A DNA stretch of 63,827 bases, the filler included, from Stramenopiles sp. TOSAG23-2 (Eukaryota), in NCBI GenBank assembly GCA_900128395.1. It is 6 parts of 6 records of this genome, joined end to end, with 100 filler letters (N's around TTAATTAATTAA, not from the genome) between each part and the next. Parts side by side here need not be neighbours in the genome. Positions count along the whole stretch, not along the records: positions 50,191 to 62,613 come from LT649855.1; positions 62,714 to 63,827 come from LT650009.1; 4 more parts are not named here. The stretch is one strand, 5' to 3'. The position numbers were made by a program, and so were the translations under genes. Each line of letters starts with the position of its first letter. The first letter of the stretch is position 1. Shown here piece by piece: positions 56,097 through 63,827 of this stretch. The notes beneath the pieces were generated by a model. That model was not told the DNA's origin. It did not search any database and saw nothing but the letters and a program-made list of their open reading frames with translations.

Positions 56097-56810
56097 TTAT
56101 GGTGAAATGGTTGGTACAGTTTCATTGCATTCTTGATTATCATTACTATTTGCTATTTTTTTTTTAATTAATACCCCTTCTTTTGTTCCGACTACTACTT
56201 TAACTTCTCCTTTTTTTTTTGTTTTTTTTTTTGATTTATTACCTTCTTCTTTGCTACATTTAAGATATTGCATTACTATTACATTTTCATCTTCTCGACT
56301 TTGATAAGCATAGTTCAAGTATTTTATTGCATATGATTCAACGAGTTTCCATGGGACAAAAAAAGGCTTTGTACAATATGCTTTCTTTAAAAATTTTGTC
56401 GTATTCATACCACTTTTCGTCCATGAACTTTCTTCGGAAAATGTACCCCATGATCTTAAATTTTTATTTTCCATAACAATGGTTAAACTTTGGTTTTTAG
56501 TGTCACACGTAACAAGTTCTGACCATACAAATTCGGTAGCGCGTAAAACGAATTGCAACAATGTTGGTATGGCCCATCCCCATTCGTATTCCACCGTTCC
56601 ATCTTTCCATGTTGCTATCTTTTTAACTCTAAAACCAGGTTGTATTGGTCTTTCATCCCTGGCTTTTAAAGCTAGTTTAGTTACTGTATTCCAGTCTCCT
56701 GTAAAGGTATATTCTGACTGGCAATGTAACTCCTTTCCTTTATATTCAAAATGATAATCCGCAGTTGCTTCATCCTCGGGTTCTTTCTTTTTCGGAGACG
56801 ACCCCCACAT
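56097..56810 (-). CDS. PRELI/START-like lipid transfer domain protein
   Basis: SEYTFTGDWNTV...IPTLLQ...EL..CDTKNQSL...NKNL...SEESSW pattern. Confidence 0.55.
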   Translation of the reverse strand: MWGSSPKKKEPEDEATADYHFEYKGKELHCQSEYTFTGDWNTVTKLALKARDERPIQPGFRVKKIATWKDGTVEYEWGWAIPTLLQFVLRATEFVWSELVTCDTKNQSLTIVMENKNLRSWGTFSEESSWTKSGMNTTKFLKKAYCTKPFFVPWKLVESYAIKYLNYAYQSREDENVIVMQYLKCSKEEGNKSKKKTKKKGEVKVVVGTKEGVLIKKKIANSNDNQECNETVPTISP

Positions 56811-57874
56811 ATTTACACAATATTGTATGTATATATGTGTGTTTGTGTGTGAATATAAATAGAGAGAGAAGTAAATAAATAAATATATATTGATGTATAT
56901 AGTATAAATGAATGCACACTTATAAGAAGATAGTGTAAACTATTTTATAAATAATATTTATTAGTTTATAATTATATAAATATATATATGTTTTTTTCCC
57001 ATAGTGAATAGTGTTAAATATATCACCTTTCATTCATAATTATATTTGGATAATGCACCGCGTGTGTACTCCAAAAAATTTAGCACTACATAGCACTGAT
57101 ATAGCTGGTAAAAATCAGCATTTTAGATGCAGGTTGTTGACGAGTCCAATTTGTGTGATATCAAAGATTGGGTAAGTACGAATATTTTATACTGTAAATG
57201 CCCTCCATTTTACCTATGTCATATAGCAGCTTTTTCCGGATTTAGCACTAAATAGGCTTGATTATTTTTTCAATAGTAAACAGTTATAGAAACGCCGTCG
57301 TGGACGTAAACATTTCCTAAATTAATACTTGCCTTAGTAACTTAGGCTTGATTAAGGAATATTTGTTGTTTTTATTATTATTTTGTTATATTTTTTGCTA
57401 TGATGCTATGATATGTGCATATATTTTTATTGACTCTTATTACTTCTCTCATATCTATTCTATACATACATATATGTATATATATGTATGCGTAATGCCA
57501 TTATAATTACCTACTATTCAAACATTTTTCATGAGTAAATAAGCACGTGTCTACATCTTCTCGGTGTACAATAGTACTTGCAGTGTGATAGTATATTATT
57601 AGAAATAAACGATGAAGCCATCAGGCAAGCCCGGCAAGCACGCTGGCACGCGCACAAGTCTTTTTCATACAAGGAAAAATTAAATTTGGTAGGCGTCTTC
57701 TCGTACTTATAGCTTATACAAAAAGGTGGTCCACAGTACGGTTCAGGATTAGGAGGGGATTAGCATAGCTAAGGAATTATTTTAGAATAATGCTCTACCT
57801 GTATACCGTAAATTAAAATCTAGCTCATCATAGCTAAAATGTGCTTTTAACACGTACAACTCAAAAAATGTATT

Positions 57875-59169
57875 GAGTGCGTTTGCGAACCTGAGGGAGA
57901 GGGGTGTGAACCTGCTAAATTGACCTAGTAAAAAAGTAGTGTAAGAAAAAATTAAGTATAAACCATCCCCGAAATCTTCACGTTTGAAAGTTAGCGAATA
58001 TATTGTAATATGTGTAAATATATATGGATAATAGAAATATAGTAAAAATGTTTGGCAGAGGATAACTACACCTGTATATGACTTTGCGGGACCAACAAGA
58101 CATCTGTAAGCTTGTATGATAATAATAAATGTGAGGCGGGGTATGGCAATACGTGAATCAATTGAGGCGCATGTTTAATTGTTATGTTGACGATGTTGAA
58201 TTAAAATTCAGCTTTTTATTGCATAATATTGCTATATTCTGTTGAAAATGTCATTTTAAAAAATATTTTATACAATAGAAAATCATACTTCTGGGTTATA
58301 TTGCATTGAGTTTGAGGTGTCAGTGGGCTCATGTGGTGGTATTAGTTGTGTGACGGTATATAGATAGTCGCAAATCAATTGTGGCGCATGTTTAATTGTT
58401 AAATTCCTCATGTTGAATTAAAATTCACCTTTTTCAGTCTATTTGGTGGTATTATTACTATTATTTATACATTTAAATCATCAAGGCAATACGAACAAAA
58501 AATATAAGTAGAAATGTAAATATTATGCATGTTAGTAATAAAAAAGGCAAAGAAGATTATATTAAAGGTAATTTCAAACGGCAGGTATTGGATATATCAG
58601 AATTAGTATGTTATGTATATTTTTTTTTATATTCAACGCCTTATACAACCATCATTTTCACATTTTTGGGGTTGAAATAATAATATTTTGACAAATTCAT
58701 AAAAAATGAATTAAATATTTTAATAATCTTGGAATAGCGAGTGTTTTGTGATTTAAGAGCGCATTGGTTTGTGTTATTGTGTATGTTAAGAGTGAGTGTA
58801 AATTAAATGTGATATTGTAGTAAAAAATAAGTTTTGATTAGTAAAAGATTTAAAAAGATTTGTATCTCTCTTCCAATGAATAAAAATGTCAATCATTCAA
58901 CAAAACACTAATAATACTAGTATAATCGCTTGAAAGTTGTCTAAGTGCCTAAAATAGAGCTGAAAAAGCCCATGAAAATGGTAGGTAATGCTATTCCAAT
59001 GCTAACAGGAACAGGTAAGTTGGTCCAAGTAGGGGGAAATTAGGGTATTTTTTACTTTCAACGTGAAGATTTGGGGGATGTTTTATACTTAATTTTTTCT
59101 TACACTACTTTTTTACTAGGTCAATTTAGCAGGTTCACACCCCTCTCCCTCAGGTTCGCAAACGCACTC
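57875..59169. mobile_element. 1295-bp non-autonomous DNA transposon with about 116-bp TIRs and a candidate ATT target duplication
   Basis: GAGTGCGTTTGCGAACC... at 57875-57991 mirrors 59054-59169; ATT at 57872-57874 and 59170-59172; no internal ORF. Confidence 0.8.
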
Positions 59170-59327
59170 ATTGTTGCTATTCAACAATTGTCTCAAGAAG
59201 TATTGTAGTATATAAAATGTTCTCTTACTCATATATTTTTTTTTTTACTAAAGTATAAAAGAGTATAATTAAACCATCATCATTAAAATCATACCATCAT
59301 TTTGACCATCAACTTTTTTTTAAAAAA

Positions 59328-59627
59328 TCAATTATAAATCACTCTATTATACGCTTTCACAACAAAACGTACCAATTCCAAATCTGTAAATACTGGTATA
59401 TTTTGATCAATGCAATTCCGACGTAAATAATACCGTCGTTCTAATTCTTGAAAATTATGTTGTAAATATTGGTTTCTTGTTGATGAACGATCAATGGAAC
59501 TTTTATTACGACTAAAATCTAATAAAATATCAAATTCTGCTGATTCTGTTAAAATTGTATCCTTAATTTTGATTTTGACAGTGGTAATACCATCATCATT
59601 TATGTCATTATCTCCAATTAACAACAA
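59328..59627 (-). pseudogene. Headless 3' gene fragment, unknown family
   Basis: 99-codon protein-like ORF with no ATG, beginning at a microsatellite palindrome. Confidence 0.4.
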
Positions 59628-60478
59628 CTACTACTACTAGTAGTAGTAGTAGTGATGATTCAAATAATCGACCACCAGTTACTGTATCAAATATTGTTCT
59701 TGTTGGTGGTTGTGCATTAAATGTCAAAGTAAACACAGTCGTACAAAATTACTTTCGTATACCTGTATATATACCATCTAGTCCTGGTGATAGTGGCATT
59801 GCTATTGGTGGTGCATGGTTTGTTACACCACCATCTAACAATTTGCCATTAGAATATCTCGGTGCACAATTATTTGACCATATAGAATTAAAAAAATATG
59901 TGAAAAAATATGATGGAAGAAAGACTACACCAAAAGAAGTATCAGAATTATTATTAACAGGAAAAATTGGTGCTATTGTACGTGGAAGACAAGAAGTAGG
60001 ACCCAGGGCATTAGGTCATCGATCCTTAGTAGCAGTTCCAAATACAATTGAAGTACGCGATAAAATGAATAAAATCAAACATAGAGATTGGTATAGACCA
60101 TGTGCTCCAATATTGAATGAAGAAGATGTTGATAAAGTTTTTGAAAAATGCAGTAATGAAAAATTAAAATGGCACTCACCATATATGTCCTTTGCACCAT
60201 TATTAAAGGAAGAAATCATACAGAAATTTCCTGCTATTTCACATGTAGATGGTACAGCAAGACCACAAACAGTAAATCGTAATCGAAATCCATGGATATG
60301 GGAATTATTAAATTACATTGGTTTAAAAACAGGTGTATCTATTTTAATCAATACATCTTTTAACGCTCATGGTAGGCCAATCGTCAATACAATTAAACAA
60401 AGTATTAAATTATTATTAGAATCAGATGATTTAGATTTTTTAGTTGTCGAAGATTATTTATTTGTGAAAAGTCGTTAA
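59624..60478 (+). CDS. NodU/CmcH/TobZ-family O-carbamoyltransferase, C-terminal half only
   Basis: Frame open from 59588 with no upstream ATG; IVLVGGCALNVKVN, PGDSGIAIG, GRQEVGPRALGHRSL, KHRDWYRPCAP, HVDGTARPQTV, INTSFNAHGRPI. Confidence 0.88.
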   Translation, partial: TTTTTSSSSSDDSNNRPPVTVSNIVLVGGCALNVKVNTVVQNYFRIPVYIPSSPGDSGIAIGGAWFVTPPSNNLPLEYLGAQLFDHIELKKYVKKYDGRKTTPKEVSELLLTGKIGAIVRGRQEVGPRALGHRSLVAVPNTIEVRDKMNKIKHRDWYRPCAPILNEEDVDKVFEKCSNEKLKWHSPYMSFAPLLKEEIIQKFPAISHVDGTARPQTVNRNRNPWIWELLNYIGLKTGVSILINTSFNAHGRPIVNTIKQSIKLLLESDDLDFLVVEDYLFVKSR

Positions 60479-60785
60479 TAATTCAATTTGAAAAGCTAAA
60501 AGGCCAATTATGTGTTTGGAAAACAAGAGAGTGTATTTTTGTAAAAGAGGGTAGTATAATATTGACGTATTTACGATCAATAAATTTTAAAATTTAAAAA
60601 ATATAAAATTATTTTAATTTCACATATTTTAACAAAACACTTCTTCACTCTTCGCTCTTCGCGCACCAAATAATTGTATTTACACACCGATGCTCGTCCT
60701 GGGTTCGAATATATACATAAATCAACTCATTCTCTACACGATAATTAAAAACACTCTGTCTCGTCCATTTCGTATATATACCGAA

Positions 60786-61628
60786 TCATTCATGTTTTCT
60801 TTTTTTCTTTTTTACAGCATACCAACCAGATTCATTTTGTTGATCATATAACAAGGCGAAAAAAATAATAATTGCAACAATGGCAAATATAACTTGTTTT
60901 ATAAATGTTGAACGTATATCCATCATGAAACTTATTCCAAACGTAATGACAAATGAAATAACAACTGTTAATACTTTCAAATTTGTACCAATTTCTTTTG
61001 ATTTGTCAATATTAGCTTGACGTAATAAGTTTTGTTCTTCCATTTCTTGTTTTTGTTTTTCCATTTCTTTTTTTTGATTTTTGATTTTTTCTTCTTCTTC
61101 TTCTTCTTTATCAAGTTCTTTGACAAATTTATCCCATTTATTATAATCAGTACCAGGCGTTGCATTTTTATTAAAACTTCTTGGTGTGTTTTCAATTTTA
61201 TATTTTTGATATGCTTTTTGTAATTTAATATATTCAGCTGCTGTTAGTGTTCCTTTTTTGCCATCTTTCGTTGTATACGTTGCGACTGGTTTATTTGCAT
61301 TATTATTATTATTATTGTTATTATTATTTCCTGTGGTTGGTTGTATCATTTTAATATTATTGTTTTTATTTTCTTTTAAATTTTTTAAATTGGATGGATC
61401 AATGCTAGTTATATCACTTTGTTTCCCTCCTTTCTTCTTCTTTTTATTCTTCTTCTTCTTCTTCTGACTAGATTGCGATATATCTTCATCTGGATCTTTT
61501 ACTTTTAAATCATCTCCAAAACTATCTTTTAAATGTTGAAACATGACATCGCCCATAGTTTCGTTTTTTATTTTTTTAATCATTCTTTCACGCATCCTGT
61601 TTTGTTCATACGTGGACAGACTCGACAT
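60786..61628 (-). CDS. Coiled-coil protein with DYNKWDKF motif and two C-terminal TM helices
   Basis: 280-aa ORF; two hydrophobic helices; basic C-terminus. Confidence 0.65.
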   Translation of the reverse strand: MSSLSTYEQNRMRERMIKKIKNETMGDVMFQHLKDSFGDDLKVKDPDEDISQSSQKKKKKNKKKKKGGKQSDITSIDPSNLKNLKENKNNNIKMIQPTTGNNNNNNNNNNANKPVATYTTKDGKKGTLTAAEYIKLQKAYQKYKIENTPRSFNKNATPGTDYNKWDKFVKELDKEEEEEEKIKNQKKEMEKQKQEMEEQNLLRQANIDKSKEIGTNLKVLTVVISFVITFGISFMMDIRSTFIKQVIFAIVAIIIFFALLYDQQNESGWYAVKKKKRKHE

Positions 61629-61876
61629 GGTGTTATATGATATGTATGTATATTTTTGTATGTACTTCGGTTGAAGTGGTTTAAAGTAGATGGTATTCTG
61701 TTGTTGTTTTATTATATTTTTTTGATATTATTTTCGTGTGTGTATGTTTTTTTTCTTTCATGGTGGTATATTCGGTAATATATATTATTGATTTGAATTG
61801 AAAATGTTTGAAAATAACGGCTTAGGGGGAGTGAAAATAGTAAATAGTAATCAATATATATTGATATAAGATAAAA

Positions 61877-62317
61877 TTATTTATGACTCTTCTTTTTACC
61901 ATCAGCAGTTGAAAGATTATTATTATCATAATCATCTTCTTCCTCTTCATCATCATCATCTTCATCATCATCTTCATCATCTTCTTCATCACGTTCTGCT
62001 TCACGTTCTTCCGCTAGTGTTTTATGTTCATCAAGCACTTTTAAATATTGTTGAATAATTTGATTATCAGGGTCAATTTTTAATATATCACCAGCTAATG
62101 CAATTGCTTCTTCAAATTCTCTTTCTTGAACTAGACCTAAAAACTTTGTAAACATTTCGACAGATACTTCTGATTCCCATTTGGAATCATCATCCGCTTC
62201 ATTATATTGTACAACTTCATTTTGATTTTTTTTAATTTCTGCTACTTCTTTAATAAATAAATTTTTAGTTTTTTGTTTAATATTATTCATTGGTCCACGT
62301 TTGTTTTTATTATTCAT
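61877..62317 (-). CDS. Small TPR-like acidic-tail protein (ERICH2-like)
   Basis: VEMFTKFL..VQEREFEEA..LA..IL..DPDN followed by poly-D/E. Confidence 0.6.
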   Translation of the reverse strand: MNNKNKRGPMNNIKQKTKNLFIKEVAEIKKNQNEVVQYNEADDDSKWESEVSVEMFTKFLGLVQEREFEEAIALAGDILKIDPDNQIIQQYLKVLDEHKTLAEEREAERDEEDDEDDDEDDDDEEEEDDYDNNNLSTADGKKKSHK

Positions 62318-62613
62318 TTTTTAAATTAATATATGAAAATTTTTGTTTTAAATATAAAAGGGAGGGGTGGATGGTGCTTAAAGATAGAAAAACGGGGGGA
62401 TGTATACGGATTGAATATTGTTAATGTTGTTGTTGTTGAATGTGATGTAATATATGTTTCTATATTATTTAAATTCAATTTGGTACATTTGTGGTTACAT
62501 TTTTTTGTCGATTTCCTATCAAGTTGTTAAAATTACAGTACACTAATATTATACTTATTTTTACAAAAAAAAATAAAATAATTAAGTACAATATTAGTAT
62601 ACTATAATTGACC

Positions 62614-62713
62614 NNNNNNNNNNNNNNNNNNNNNNNNNNNNNNNNNNNNNNNNNNNNTTAATTAATTAANNNNNNNNNNNNNNNNNNNNNNNNNNNNNNN
62701 NNNNNNNNNNNNN
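62614..62713. other. Artificial contig spacer
   Basis: N run with TTAATTAATTAA. Confidence 0.98.
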
Positions 62714-62733
62714 ACACTGTAAGATAGAATCTA

Positions 62734-63759
62734 CTACGATGATTTTTCCTTCGTTACACTTTCATAATTTTTTACCTTCCATATACCTAATACATAACAT
62801 GCACGTATAGTGAAGATATCCCTAGCCATTTGTGGTATACTTTCAAATAAATTTACTTTAGAACCATCAATTTCTTGCCAATTTACTGCTACTTCACCAA
62901 TTGGTATGCCTAATGTATTTGCTAAATATAATAATTCTACATCAAATGCCCAACGTTCAATATGTTGTGATGGGAAAATATTTCGTGCAGCTTGCCTTGA
63001 AAATAATTTAAATCCGCATTGCGTATCATTAATTCCAGCAGCACACATGATAGATACGTAAAAATGGAAACCAAACATTAAAAAATTTCGCAATTGAGAG
63101 CGTTCAGCAACTGCCTCGTCCATTAAATGGTGTCTACTACCAACAACCATTCCTAAGCCATCCTTCTCAATCTTACTCATATGGTCTTCCAACCGTTCAA
63201 TATCACTAATGCTTGTCGCACCGTCGGCATCTACCATTAATAAATATTCCCCGCGCGCGCGTAACATGCCTTTGCGCACCGCACCACCTTTGCCGTTGTT
63301 TTCAAACAATTTTAGTACTCTAACGTGGTCCGTTGAATATTTTCTAGAATACTCCAAAGCAACTTTAACCGTAGTATCTCTACTACCATCATCCACAATA
63401 ATAACTTCATATGTAAAATTACTATCACGTTTTCGTCGTTTTTCCAAATAATCCATCGTTGCATCCATCATTGGAGGCAGACGTACATATTCATTATACG
63501 CTGGTACTATCAATGATAAATATATGGATCCTTCGTCAAACAAGGATGGGAATAAATTGCGATTGTTTGTCTTGAAATCAACACCATTATTTTTTGGATC
63601 TATAAATCGATCTTCTGACGGGTCGTCAGCCGCCATTTTCCTATGATACGATTGTATGACAGGTTGAAACAACCAGAAAATCACACGTACTATGAAAAAT
63701 ATGACTAACGAAACGATGACGTTGGTCGTTGTAATATATTGTTGCAGGGATTCACTCAT
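62734..63759 (-). CDS. ALG5: Dolichyl-phosphate beta-glucosyltransferase
   Basis: N-terminal TM; LSLIVPAYNE, IIVDDGSRD, GKGGAVRKG, MVDADGAT, DTQCGFKLF, WAFDVE, WQEIDGSK. Confidence 0.95.
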   Translation of the reverse strand: MSESLQQYITTTNVIVSLVIFFIVRVIFWLFQPVIQSYHRKMAADDPSEDRFIDPKNNGVDFKTNNRNLFPSLFDEGSIYLSLIVPAYNEYVRLPPMMDATMDYLEKRRKRDSNFTYEVIIVDDGSRDTTVKVALEYSRKYSTDHVRVLKLFENNGKGGAVRKGMLRARGEYLLMVDADGATSISDIERLEDHMSKIEKDGLGMVVGSRHHLMDEAVAERSQLRNFLMFGFHFYVSIMCAAGINDTQCGFKLFSRQAARNIFPSQHIERWAFDVELLYLANTLGIPIGEVAVNWQEIDGSKVNLFESIPQMARDIFTIRACYVLGIWKVKNYESVTKEKSS

Positions 63760-63827
63760 GGTGGTGGTGGGTTCAGCTGGTGTTAATTTGCCTGTGTATG
63801 GATATATACATATATATATATATATAT

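Noticed and set aside
60690-60712. GGGTTCGAAT tRNA T-loop-like motif
   Set aside because: No T-stem closure, acceptor stem or D-arm
12457-62713. TTAATTAATTAA recurring about every 12.5 kb
   Set aside because: Artificial spacer; the periodicity reflects length-sorted contigs (12447, 12444, 12443, 12423 bp)

Overview
AT-rich eukaryotic (protist-like, plausibly a marine stramenopile single-cell or metagenome assembly; the taxon is inference) nuclear DNA. It is six unrelated contigs joined by 100-nt N/TTAATTAATTAA spacers (12457-12556, 25004-25103, 37548-37647, 50091-50190, 62614-62713), so gene order across spacers is meaningless. About 28 genes, with no intron needed to explain any of them, including RPS3A, ULK4/RUNKEL, ALG5, an FBXO31-like F-box protein, an ABCG transporter, a nitronate monooxygenase, MFS/NTT-type transporters and ankyrin, LRR and cNMP proteins, plus decayed or rearranged gene fragments. 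No tRNA, rRNA or CRISPR seen. Best candidate for a new system: a stand-alone gene (32047-33579) encoding two tandem Ty1/copia-type aspartic protease domains behind a mitochondrial-type presequence and one TM helix. Also notable: a SAP30-SGF29 fusion, an LRR-ANK-TIR-TIR-IQ protein with one intact and one E-to-Q TIR, two convergent genes sharing an identical H1-like tail through an inverted repeat, two inverted-repeat elements, and a recurrent TACGA-n-TCGTA palindrome downstream of stop codons. All domain calls are by-eye motif recognition, not database searches.
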